This document shows positions 10,508-20,222 of a stretch of 33,539 nt of DNA, piece after piece. The stretch lies in the sequence record SRR20825006_1837. One strand, written 5' to 3'. The notes under the pieces are model-generated. The model saw nothing but the letters and a program-made list of their open reading frames with translations, was not told the DNA's origin and searched no databases. Made by a program: the position numbers and the translations under genes. Position 1 is the first letter of the stretch. Each line of letters opens with the position of its first letter.

Positions 10508-11701
10508 ATGATCGGCGACGTGCTTCCAACCACCCCCAACGAGTCGCCCAACTGGCACCGCCTACGCCGTGCAATTCGGTCAACCTGGCCCAACCGTCAT
10601 GGCCGATCATCGGACGTCGCGACGTTGGTTGGATGCAGCGGCGGTGCCGATAGCGTCGCATTGATCCGCCTGCTGGCTGAACTTTGGGCGGAGGAGTCGA
10701 ATGGGCTCAACCCGGCAAACGAGACCGTGACAAAACCCGTTGCGCCGCTGGTCGTGGCACACTGCAATCACGGGCTCCGCGGTGAAGAATCAAATGCCGA
10801 CGAAGCTTTTGTTCGTCAGCTCTGCGATCAGTTGCAGTTGCCTCTCGTCATTCACCATGTTACTCCGCCAAACAACTCCGCCCCAACCGGCCCGGTGAGC
10901 GATGAACGAACGCTTCGGCAGATCCGCCGAGATTTTTTCGAACGCGCGGCCAAGCAACACGGATGCCGTTACGTGGCCGTGGCTCACTCGGCCGACGACC
11001 AAGCCGAGACGATGCTCCACCATTTCATTCGCGGAACCGGCCCGCTGGGATTGGCGGGAATCGCGGAGGCTTCCGAATTGGATACCGACATCGTTGTTCG
11101 TCGACCGCTCCTGCAGGTTCGCCGTGACACTCTGCGAGACGGTCTTCGCGAAATCGGTCAACCATGGCGGGAAGACGCCAGCAACCGACACACGATCTAC
11201 ACCCGCAATTGGATCCGCCACGATGTCCTGCCGCTGATTGAAAGCCGATACCCAAACGCGGTCGAAGCCATTCATCGCGCCGGGGCGTTGCAACATGAGA
11301 TGAACGAAATGGTTCGTCGATTGGCCGAGCGGTGGTTGGAAGCATTCACGGATTTCAGTGGCGATCGCTGGACCATCCATACTGAACGACTGTCGAAATC
11401 AGCCAACCCAGAGAAACGGATGGATGATACAAACGCAGCATGCAACTGGATGATCGAACGACCGGTCATCGTCGCGGCGAGCCAACTGGCCTGGGACCGT
11501 CTCGGTTGGTCTCGCGGATCCATGACGATGCAACACTGGCAACGCCTCTCCGGTCTGATCAACGATCAATCCTGTTGGCACACTTCGGATATTGACGTCT
11601 CGAACGGCCAAGCTGTTGATGAGATCGACCATGGCGGTCACTTTCCCGGCGGCATCTGTCTGTCCGTCGAGGCCAAGCAATTGGTGCTACGAAGCGAATA
11701 G
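10508..11701 (+). CDS. tilS: tRNA(Ile)-lysidine synthetase
   Basis: PP-loop SGGADS, AHCNHGLRG, AHSADDQAET, RRPLL, WREDASN, YTRNWIRHDVLP. Confidence 0.93.
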   Translation: MIGDVLPTTPNESPNWHRLRRAIRSTWPNRHGRSSDVATLVGCSGGADSVALIRLLAELWAEESNGLNPANETVTKPVAPLVVAHCNHGLRGEESNADEAFVRQLCDQLQLPLVIHHVTPPNNSAPTGPVSDERTLRQIRRDFFERAAKQHGCRYVAVAHSADDQAETMLHHFIRGTGPLGLAGIAEASELDTDIVVRRPLLQVRRDTLRDGLREIGQPWREDASNRHTIYTRNWIRHDVLPLIESRYPNAVEAIHRAGALQHEMNEMVRRLAERWLEAFTDFSGDRWTIHTERLSKSANPEKRMDDTNAACNWMIERPVIVAASQLAWDRLGWSRGSMTMQHWQRLSGLINDQSCWHTSDIDVSNGQAVDEIDHGGHFPGGICLSVEAKQLVLRSE

Positions 11702-12013
11702 AGAACGTTTCAATTCCGAGTGCCCAACTCCTTTGGCCACAGCGGCTGAGTGAGTGTTTTGCACCAACGCCTCCGAGAATCGACGTGCATTCTTTGCCAA
11801 ATCGCGAGCCAACGGTTCATCGACACAATCGGTTTGACCGGACCAGTCCCAACAAACCGCTCATCGCGTCATCGGTTTGACTTCTGCAGCACGCAATCGA
11901 CCACTGGAACGTCGCCTCGCGCAAAGCTGAGAGTTACGGTTCCCAAAGGAACCCGCATGAACCGTGCGCGGACCTCCGATTGATTGTTTGCAACCGCGAC
12001 TGGCTGATACCTC

Positions 12014-12835
12014 ATGATTCATGTCCAACACCTGACGAAGGCCTACGAAGATCTTCGCCGGGGACGTTTCTTGGCCGTTGACCACATCTCGTTTTGTGTC
12101 CAACCCGGGGAAATCTTTGGACTGCTTGGCCCCAACGGTGCCGGCAAGACGACCGTGTTGAGAATTTTGTCGACGGTGCTGCGTCCCAGTTCGGGCATTG
12201 CAACGATTGATGGCTACGACGTCTCACACGAACCCGCCGAAGTTCGTCGCCGCATCGGATTCGTCAGCAACAACACCGCGATCTACGACCGAATGACCGC
12301 ATGGGAAATGGTGGGCTACTTCGGTCGACTTCATGGCATGCAGCGTGACGAACTGAACGATCGCCTCGAAAAGCTATTCAGCCAGCTTCGCATGAACGAA
12401 TTCCGCGACGTGCCGGGCAGCAAAATGTCGACCGGCATGCAGCAAAAAGTATCCATCGCACGAGCCCTGGTGCATGACCCGCCGGTGCTGATCTTTGACG
12501 AAGCAACTCTTGGACTCGACGTGCTGGTCGCCCGCAACCTGCTCGAAGTGATTCGCGAATTGCGTGAAGCGGGCAAGTGCCTGATCTTCTCCACTCACAT
12601 CATGAGTGAGGTGGAACGGTTGTGCGACCGAATCGCGATCATGCACCGCGGTCGAATCCTGGACTCCGGCACCCTGAACGAACTGGTGGACCGCCACGAA
12701 GAAGAAAACTTCGAAGAGCTGTTCTTCTCACTGCTCAGCGAACACGAAACAGCAGAAACCAACGAACAAAACTTGGCATTGGGCAACTATCAACCAACAA
12801 CTGAAACGCTCGCCACCACGGAGGTTGTTCAATGA
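12014..12835 (+). CDS. ABC transporter ATP-binding protein, NatA-like
   Basis: Walker A GPNGAGKT, signature variant MSTGMQQKV typical of the NatA group, Walker B LIFDE, H-loop FSTH. Confidence 0.92.
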   Translation: MIHVQHLTKAYEDLRRGRFLAVDHISFCVQPGEIFGLLGPNGAGKTTVLRILSTVLRPSSGIATIDGYDVSHEPAEVRRRIGFVSNNTAIYDRMTAWEMVGYFGRLHGMQRDELNDRLEKLFSQLRMNEFRDVPGSKMSTGMQQKVSIARALVHDPPVLIFDEATLGLDVLVARNLLEVIRELREAGKCLIFSTHIMSEVERLCDRIAIMHRGRILDSGTLNELVDRHEEENFEELFFSLLSEHETAETNEQNLALGNYQPTTETLATTEVVQ

Positions 12836-15153
12836 GCGAATCATCCAAACAAAAACGAGAACGCGCCGCGCGAGTCAACCGACCGCGACTGGAAACCATT
12901 GGACTGATCTACGCACGTGAGATGCGAGATCAACTGCGAGACCGTCGAACATTGTTCACGATCATCGTCCTTCCAATTCTGCTGTATCCAATCGTTGGGA
13001 TGCTGCTCCTTCAGATCGCTCAGTTCACTCAACAGCATCCGATCTCGGTGTGTGTGATCGGGATGGAACATGTTCAGTCAGCAACGACTGGAGACATCCC
13101 TCCGCTGCTCGTTGAAAAAGAGATTGAAGAGGAGTCGGACGCACCGAAAAAGGCATTGCCCGAATATCGATTCGCCGACGCGGTGTCCGAAGATGTTCGC
13201 AACGTAAACGTGACGACGTATCGAACCAGCGAACTCGAACGCACCGGTGACCTCAGCAAGCGAAGTGAAACGTGGGTTCGCGATGGCATCTATGACTGTG
13301 TAATTTGCTTCGAGACGCCGCTGTCGGGCGCTAACCCGATGCACCCAAATGAACAAGGCACAATTGGACTCTTCTACAACGTTGCTTCCGATCAATCCTT
13401 GGTGGCCCGAGAACGCATGGCATCGATCCTGAATCGCTGGCGAGGAACCTGGGTTCGCAATCGATTGTCATCGGCGGGAATGGAACTGTCTGTCCTGGAC
13501 CCGTTTCAAGTCCGTGATGTCGACATCGCACCTGAACGCACGCGTGAAGCTGCCTTCTGGAGCAAACTCCTTCCGTTCATCATGTTGATTTGGGCGATGA
13601 CCGGCGCGTTTTATCCCGCGATCGATTTGGTCGCGGGCGAGAAAGAACGCGGCACCTTAGAAACACTGCTCTGCAGTCCCACTCTGCGAAGCGAAATCGT
13701 TTGGGGCAAGCTCGGTGCTGTCATGTCGTTCAGCATGATGACTGCAATCTTGAACGCCTGTTCGATGTTGGTCACCAGCACGTTCGTCTTCAATCAAATC
13801 GCGATCGGCCCCGCTGGTGGATCGATGGGAACGCCACCGTTGATTCCAATGCTTTGGCTCTTCGTTGCTCTCATTCCTCTATCCGCATTGTTCAGTGCAT
13901 TGGCTCTCGCGGTCGCCGCGATGGCTCGCAGCAGCAAAGAAGGGCAGTATTACTTGATGCCTTTGATGATGCTCACGTTGCCGCTCGTGCTGCTTCCAAT
14001 GTTGCCGGGAACCACCTTGAGTCTTGGCACCAGCCTGATCCCCGTCACCGGCATGTTCTTGCTGGTTCGAACATTGGTCGAAGGACACATGTTCGAAGCA
14101 CTGACCTACGTTCCAACGGTTGCGTTGGTCACCGGCATCTGTTTGTGGATGGCTGTCCAATGGGCGCGACGACAATTCGAATCTGAGTCGGTTCTGTTCG
14201 GCGATGGCGACCAATGGGAACTGGGGGCATGGTTCCGACACCTTTGGCGTGACCGTCAATTGGCGGCCACACCCACCGTCGCTTTTGGCTGCGGTGCCGT
14301 GGTCTTGGTTGGTTTGTTCTTCGGCAAACTAGCCGTGACCGAGATGCCAACCACATTTGCTGGTATCGCAACGTTGGTCCTGATCCCCCAACTTGGATTG
14401 ATCCTGGCACCAACCTTGTTGATGTCGATCATGCTGACAACGTCGCTCCGCACCAGCTTGCGACTCAGCCTACCTAGCTGGCGAACTTGGCCAGTCATCG
14501 GCGTGCTTTGCGTCATGCTTCATCCGCTGTATATCCAGCTGGCCGGATGGATTAGCACGATGTATCCACTCAGCGATCAAGCCGCCGAAGCAATGCTTCC
14601 GTTCACGCAACAAATTGCATCAGCCCCATGGACATCCGTGATTTTGCTGATGGCGTTTGTCCCGGCGATTTGCGAAGAGATTACTTTCCGCGGATTCATC
14701 TTTGGCGGGCTCGTTCGTGGCGGCCATCCACTGCGTGCCGTGTTGGTCACCGCGATCATGTTTGGTATCTCGCACGGCGTGCTTCAACAATCGATCTCGG
14801 CAACCTTCATGGGTTTGCTGCTCGGCTGGATCGCTCTTCGAACCGGAAGCGTCTTGCCAGGCATTGCGATTCACTTTTCCAACAACGCACTTTCAGTCTC
14901 ACTGCAACGCGTCGCGGAACTGGATCTGCCGATTTTGAACGAACTGATTCTGAACACCGCCAATGGACCGGCGTACCATCCTTACTGGACCGCATGTTGT
15001 TTCATCGTGTCGGCGGCTTGCCTGGGTGGGGTCTATCGGATCACGCAAAACGTGGACTCGATCAACAGCAACGATGCATTGGCTGACCGAGTGATCCTCG
15101 GCGGCAATGCAACGGACCCATCGTTGAAGCGATTGTCACCGGCAACACAATGA
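12832..15153 (+). CDS. NatB-like ABC-2 permease fused to a C-terminal CPBP/Abi (CAAX-II) intramembrane protease domain
   Basis: [28 protein letters not shown] and ARSSKEGQ (NatB-type). C-terminal [21 protein letters not shown] overlap with the ATPase gene. Confidence 0.88.
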   Translation: MSESSKQKRERAARVNRPRLETIGLIYAREMRDQLRDRRTLFTIIVLPILLYPIVGMLLLQIAQFTQQHPISVCVIGMEHVQSATTGDIPPLLVEKEIEEESDAPKKALPEYRFADAVSEDVRNVNVTTYRTSELERTGDLSKRSETWVRDGIYDCVICFETPLSGANPMHPNEQGTIGLFYNVASDQSLVARERMASILNRWRGTWVRNRLSSAGMELSVLDPFQVRDVDIAPERTREAAFWSKLLPFIMLIWAMTGAFYPAIDLVAGEKERGTLETLLCSPTLRSEIVWGKLGAVMSFSMMTAILNACSMLVTSTFVFNQIAIGPAGGSMGTPPLIPMLWLFVALIPLSALFSALALAVAAMARSSKEGQYYLMPLMMLTLPLVLLPMLPGTTLSLGTSLIPVTGMFLLVRTLVEGHMFEALTYVPTVALVTGICLWMAVQWARRQFESESVLFGDGDQWELGAWFRHLWRDRQLAATPTVAFGCGAVVLVGLFFGKLAVTEMPTTFAGIATLVLIPQLGLILAPTLLMSIMLTTSLRTSLRLSLPSWRTWPVIGVLCVMLHPLYIQLAGWISTMYPLSDQAAEAMLPFTQQIASAPWTSVILLMAFVPAICEEITFRGFIFGGLVRGGHPLRAVLVTAIMFGISHGVLQQSISATFMGLLLGWIALRTGSVLPGIAIHFSNNALSVSLQRVAELDLPILNELILNTANGPAYHPYWTACCFIVSAACLGGVYRITQNVDSINSNDALADRVILGGNATDPSLKRLSPATQ

Positions 15154-15166
15154 CCGGCGTCATTGC

Positions 15167-16603
15167 TCACCAATACGCACGCTGTGGTGGCGTGCCGTTT
15201 GGTGCGGGAGCGGATTGAAAACCGCTGATACGACCTGAGATCCGAGGCGGGTTTTCATTTACGGAATGTCCCGCTTCATCGAAACGAGGCAAACTCGGAA
15301 TGCCACCAACGGAATCGTTCAACGTCAGCGGACCGCGAGGCGGCTGCAACAACCAAAGCATCTCCAGCGTTTGCCCCGACACAGGAACCGATACGCTGTG
15401 CGGTGCCGCAAACAGACGCATCAACTGCGTCGCGGCGATCTGTTGAGGGCCTGTCACCACAACCGGCTGACCTCCAGCGCACAACATGGTTCCCGGTGGC
15501 ATCTTTTCAAATCCGCGTTGCCCGTTGCACAAACCTTCCATCGCGAGTTTGCCGTCGTACAAATCAAAGTCGATGGCGATCAAGTCAAACTGGAAATCCT
15601 CCGGAACCGTGGCGGTCAATTCGCATCCCAAGTCTTCCGCTAATCGCGGCAGCAACGAAGCGGAGATATAACCGCCAGCAACTTGAATCACACCATCCAC
15701 ATCGACCATGCCACCGGGCACGATTTGGCAACGATTCAATTGCAAGGATGCTTGGCCGGCCAAACGATGAGGCAAGAATTCCGTCATCCGCGCCAGGTCG
15801 ATGTTTTCGATCCGGGCACTGCTGAGATCCAACATCCAATCCAAACCAGCGTTCCCGCCACGATCTCGGCTCGGCACCTGAGTAAGCTTTGCGGCTCCGT
15901 GGAACGTCGCGTCACCGCCCAGCTTTTCAAACGCAGTGTGATAGCCGGCCAACCACGCGAGCGGAGCGTTGAGCTCACCGGTTCGCAACGAAACCGTCGT
16001 TCGAGGCAAGCCTTCGTCGCGACGCCGCGTGATTTCAATTTCCATCGGTTCGATGTCGGGACGCTCGCCCGCCAACATGCAACTCAGCATTGCGGTGACT
16101 TGTTTCTCGTCCGGCAGAATCGTTCCATCCAAATCGCGAATGGTGATCTGCGAATGAGCCGATTGAATGGTCAGGTCGTCGGCCGCCAAACGGATCGGAT
16201 TCAACGTGTGTTCCGGTCGGCACAAGAACCGGTCATGAACCAAATCCCAAACGTCATTGAGAAACTCTGCTCGAATCTCCGGCTGGCTCAATCGCACGAC
16301 GGTTCGATTGTCTTCTTGAACCCATGAAACAATTCGCACCCGACCGATCGATTGCTTCGTCTCGTTGTCTCGCAGTTGGACATCGCCAAGCTGCCAAGTC
16401 GTCGGGCTGATGCGTTCCAACGAACCGATGCGAACATCCAATCCGGTCTGCAATGCCAGAGCCGCTTCGGTCGCGAGAACACAACGACGGTGATACCACG
16501 GCGACCACATCACCAGGATGATGAGCAACGTCACACAGGTCGGACCCGCGCAGCAGGCAACGAACAAACCTCGAGCCACGGCTCGCATCGTCCGTTCGTG
16601 CAT
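15167..16603 (-). CDS. Hypothetical protein with an N-terminal membrane anchor and a beta-rich body
   Basis: Long ORF (about 480 aa) with hydrophobic GLFVACCAGPTCVTLLIILVMW. No recognised motif; start uncertain (16621, 16603 or 16588). Confidence 0.7.
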   Translation of the reverse strand: MHERTMRAVARGLFVACCAGPTCVTLLIILVMWSPWYHRRCVLATEAALALQTGLDVRIGSLERISPTTWQLGDVQLRDNETKQSIGRVRIVSWVQEDNRTVVRLSQPEIRAEFLNDVWDLVHDRFLCRPEHTLNPIRLAADDLTIQSAHSQITIRDLDGTILPDEKQVTAMLSCMLAGERPDIEPMEIEITRRRDEGLPRTTVSLRTGELNAPLAWLAGYHTAFEKLGGDATFHGAAKLTQVPSRDRGGNAGLDWMLDLSSARIENIDLARMTEFLPHRLAGQASLQLNRCQIVPGGMVDVDGVIQVAGGYISASLLPRLAEDLGCELTATVPEDFQFDLIAIDFDLYDGKLAMEGLCNGQRGFEKMPPGTMLCAGGQPVVVTGPQQIAATQLMRLFAAPHSVSVPVSGQTLEMLWLLQPPRGPLTLNDSVGGIPSLPRFDEAGHSVNENPPRISGRISGFQSAPAPNGTPPQRAYW

Positions 16604-17062
16604 TCGGCGAATCCTTCGCACTGCATGTGTTGGGTCAACGAAAACGTTTACTCAACGAGGCATTGCGTACCCTGCCAACCGTGGTTGGTGTCCGCTGAAG
16701 ACAATCTTGCGATTGGCTTTTGAGACCTCGTCGAGTCTCCGTTTCACGATTGCGACCATACTCAACCCATCCCGCAAAAGAACAGATCGAAACAGGCTTG
16801 AATTCATCGGCTCAATGAACGATTTCGCAATGCTCAACCACCGTGAAACTCGACATTGGCGGCAGAAGCAACGTGAAACCGATCAGCGTGAAACTTGATA
16901 GCTCATTCGAACCCGCCCGCTTAGCCATCAAATATCAAACAAACTGCGGGATAACCCTCGCTGTCGGGTAATGCATCCCGATGCAACCGTGCGCCAACAC
17001 ACGACGATTTATGCGGAAATGGCGAATCGCGATCAGACGGTGGGCTCATTCAAAGATGATGC

Positions 17063-18022
17063 TCAACGGCGAAGCAATCCGTAACGGAAGATGCACCCGA
17101 GTGCGGCGACACCATCACGCCAGCCGATCTTCTTGCCTTCGTCGTACCAACGATGGTGGTAACGAATGGGCCTTTCTGTGAAACGCAAATTTTTGCGAGC
17201 CCAACGCGCAGTCAGTTCGATCTCGATTCCGAACCGGTTTTCTTTCAGCTTCGGCAAAATGTCCAAGAAATTTTCGCGGCGAGCCATCTTGTAGCACGTC
17301 TCCACGTCACTCAGTCGTGGACCAATCGCAACGCTGGCCAACCATGACAGAAAGCCGTTGACGGCTTGGTGCCACCACGGCGAAACCTGACGATCGCAAT
17401 GGCCATATCGAGTACCGTAAACCACGTCGGCTTCACCCGCCAAAAGCGGTTGCAACATCACGCGAAAGTCACCTGGGTCGTACTCGCTATCGGCATCTTG
17501 AATGACAATAACGTCGCCCTGTGCGACTTCGATGGCGGTGCGTATCGCCGCACCCTTGCCGCGATTTTCGGGATGGCGAAGCAACGAGACCTGATGTTCA
17601 TCCTGAAACTGTTTAAGGGCTTCCCCTGATCCATCGTTCGATCCGTCATCGACCACGATGATCTGCATCGGCAGACCGGTGTTGCGTAGCGAGTTGAGCA
17701 CCGACTGGACGGTCGAACATTCATTGTAGACCGGCACGATCACCGACAAACAAAACGCTTCTGGCAGCGGATAGATCGACAGCGCACGACACGCATCCGG
17801 ACCAAGCGTCTGCCGCATTCGCGAAACGTACTCGTCGCTGAACCAGTAACCCGGATCAATGGCTGAATCGACACCCGATGATGCGGGATCCGAATGCGTT
17901 TGAGATTCGTCCGACACAACATCGGAAGACGCGTTCAATTCGTTCACGTTGCGTACACCGGGTGTTGCGGCAATGACGAGACATCGTCGTGTTGATCCGT
18001 GGAACAACCTGTCCGCAACCAA
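17063..18022 (-). CDS. Glycosyltransferase family 2 (polyprenol-phosphate hexosyltransferase-like)
   Basis: LSVIVPVYNE, IVVDDGSNDG, NRGKGAA, IQDADSEYDP, DVETCYK, FGIEIELT, GKKIGWRDG. The true start is probably downstream of 18022. Confidence 0.9.
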   Translation of the reverse strand: MVADRLFHGSTRRCLVIAATPGVRNVNELNASSDVVSDESQTHSDPASSGVDSAIDPGYWFSDEYVSRMRQTLGPDACRALSIYPLPEAFCLSVIVPVYNECSTVQSVLNSLRNTGLPMQIIVVDDGSNDGSGEALKQFQDEHQVSLLRHPENRGKGAAIRTAIEVAQGDVIVIQDADSEYDPGDFRVMLQPLLAGEADVVYGTRYGHCDRQVSPWWHQAVNGFLSWLASVAIGPRLSDVETCYKMARRENFLDILPKLKENRFGIEIELTARWARKNLRFTERPIRYHHRWYDEGKKIGWRDGVAALGCIFRYGLLRR

Positions 18023-18290
18023 GAAAAGGAAACCTGTTAACGCACATCATACGACACTTCGCATCGTCGATGTTGCGACGTCGCAATCACGAATGGCGTT
18101 GAGTTGCTTTCGAAGTTGGTTGACAAAAAAAACTTCACTCGAACGAGTCGCAATTTCCAATGTCAAATCAATCGACCGGTCAACGCGAATGATTTTTTGA
18201 TGACTTTGTTGTTGACATTGATGGTTCACCACGCCAAATTTTCGCTCGCTTGACCCACACATCTTCGATCCCCTCACCACGCTTGTGAGG

Positions 18291-18490
18291 CGGTTGCATT
18301 GGACGTTCTGTTCAACCGATTGTGGTCGATGATTTGTCTCTTCTCACGGAGTGTGTTCGATGCGGTTTGCCAGAGTTCCTCTACAGTCTGTCAAGCACCG
18401 ATCGCCCCACACTTTCTTCGACGTTTCCCCTTGGCAAGCGGGGCCGCCGTCCGACGTCATTTGATTGACTCGGCTATGTTCCATTGACTG
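18291..18490 (+). ncRNA. Candidate ~200-nt structured RNA (6S-like architecture), homologous to the rny-upstream segment
   Basis: Shared blocks at 18296-18314 and 18321-18339. Apical stem GGAGUGUG-CGAU-CGGU-UUG-CAGA/UCUG-CAA-ACCG-AUCG-CACACUUU (18348-18415). A terminator follows directly. Confidence 0.5.
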
Positions 18491-18494
18491 AATC

Positions 18495-18520
18495 ATGGCG
18501 AAGGGCCTCGCCATTTTTTT
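18495..18520 (+). terminator. Intrinsic terminator
   Basis: ATGGCGA-AGGGCC-TCGCCAT stem-loop running into a 7-T tract. Confidence 0.8.
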
Positions 18521-18591
18521 GTTCGTCACAACGATTGTGAACGATTCACGGGAGACGGTTTGGACTCCACATCTTAGCTTCATCGCTTCGA

Positions 18592-18735
18592 TTGACACGG
18601 ACGTCACTCCCTTCATTCATGTTGCCCAACGGTGCTTCTTGATTTCTCTCACGCAATCAAGGTGCATTGATGAACTTGAATTCCGGTCGCCGACAAGGAC
18701 TGTTCGCGTCGGGTAACAATTTGAATTGGTAACAG
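18592..18735 (+). ncRNA. Second candidate structured sRNA in tandem (5' end uncertain)
   Basis: Long hairpin 18615-18681 (core CGGUGC-CUUGAUU/AAUCAAG-GCAUUG), flanking UUGAC-CGGAC/GUUCG-GUCGG pairing, and its own terminator at 18738-18779. Confidence 0.4.
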
Positions 18736-18737
18736 AG

Positions 18738-18779
18738 CGAAGCCAGTCTTGCATGATGCAATACTGGCTTCGTTTTTTT
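18738..18779 (+). terminator. Intrinsic terminator
   Basis: CGAAGCCAGT-c-TTGCA-tga-TGCAA-t-ACTGGCTTCG followed by 7 T. Confidence 0.88.
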
Positions 18780-18880
18780 CTTCTCGCCACCTTTCGCGAC
18801 CACGACTCTCTCTCGTCGCTCGCGAACGATCGCGCCCGCACGATCGCCCCCTCGGGCACTCCACCCCGGAACAACCCGGC

Positions 18881-18931
18881 GCAGATCACGGGCACCCGCG
18901 GATCATGGGCACCCGCAGATCACGGCCACCG
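18881..18931. repeat. 17-bp tandem repeat, three copies
   Basis: GCAGATCACGGGCACCC / GCGGATCATGGGCACCC / GCAGATCACGGCCACCG. Confidence 0.9.
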
Positions 18932-18994
18932 GAACGTTCCTGGCGGTGCCAAATCACCCGCGTGACTGGTCACAAACGTCGCACCCGCGCCCTC

Positions 18995-19022
18995 TTGACG
19001 CTTCGTCGATGGATGCCACCAT
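18995..19022 (+). promoter_or_regulatory. Possible sigma70 promoter of mdh
   Basis: TTGACG-N16-CACCAT with TG at the extended -10 position, about 50 bp before the ATG. Confidence 0.3.
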
Positions 19023-19024
19023 AA

Positions 19025-20023
<999 letters not shown>

Positions 20024-20102
20024 TTTCGCCATCCTGAATGCAACTGAAGCGTTCAGGCGGGTCGCACCAGATGGGCTGATTTGGCGATCATCAACGGACC
20101 AA

Positions 20103-20124
20103 TCCGCCAGTTTTGACTGGCGGA
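20103..20124. terminator. Perfect 9-bp hairpin downstream of mdh (terminator or stability element)
   Basis: TCCGCCAGT TTTG ACTGGCGGA, with a second hairpin at 20033-20057. No clear U-tract. Confidence 0.35.
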
Positions 20125-20222
20125 CTGCCTTCTATCCTTCCGCTGATCGGTTAACCTAGATTGGCCCGCACCCGTGGAGGGAGCGGGCTCCCTTACGCTC
20201 AAATCTTCTCGGAGTTATCCCG

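Noticed and set aside
16842-16894. parS centromere site
   Set aside because: Only half-sites are present, with no 16-bp palindrome. Kept only as an unexplained repeated box.
18120-18597. Several perfect TTGACA hexamers (18120, 18212, 18592) as sigma70 promoters
   Set aside because: None has a convincing -10 at 16-18 bp (best is CAAATT after 18212), so promoters for the candidate RNAs cannot be assigned.
18881-18931. Mini CRISPR array
   Set aside because: Units are contiguous with no spacers, too short, and no cas genes are present.
18047-19024. ORF-track 60-90-aa ORFs in the GT2-mdh gap
   Set aside because: No motifs, mutually overlapping, and several run through the intrinsic terminators or the tandem repeat.
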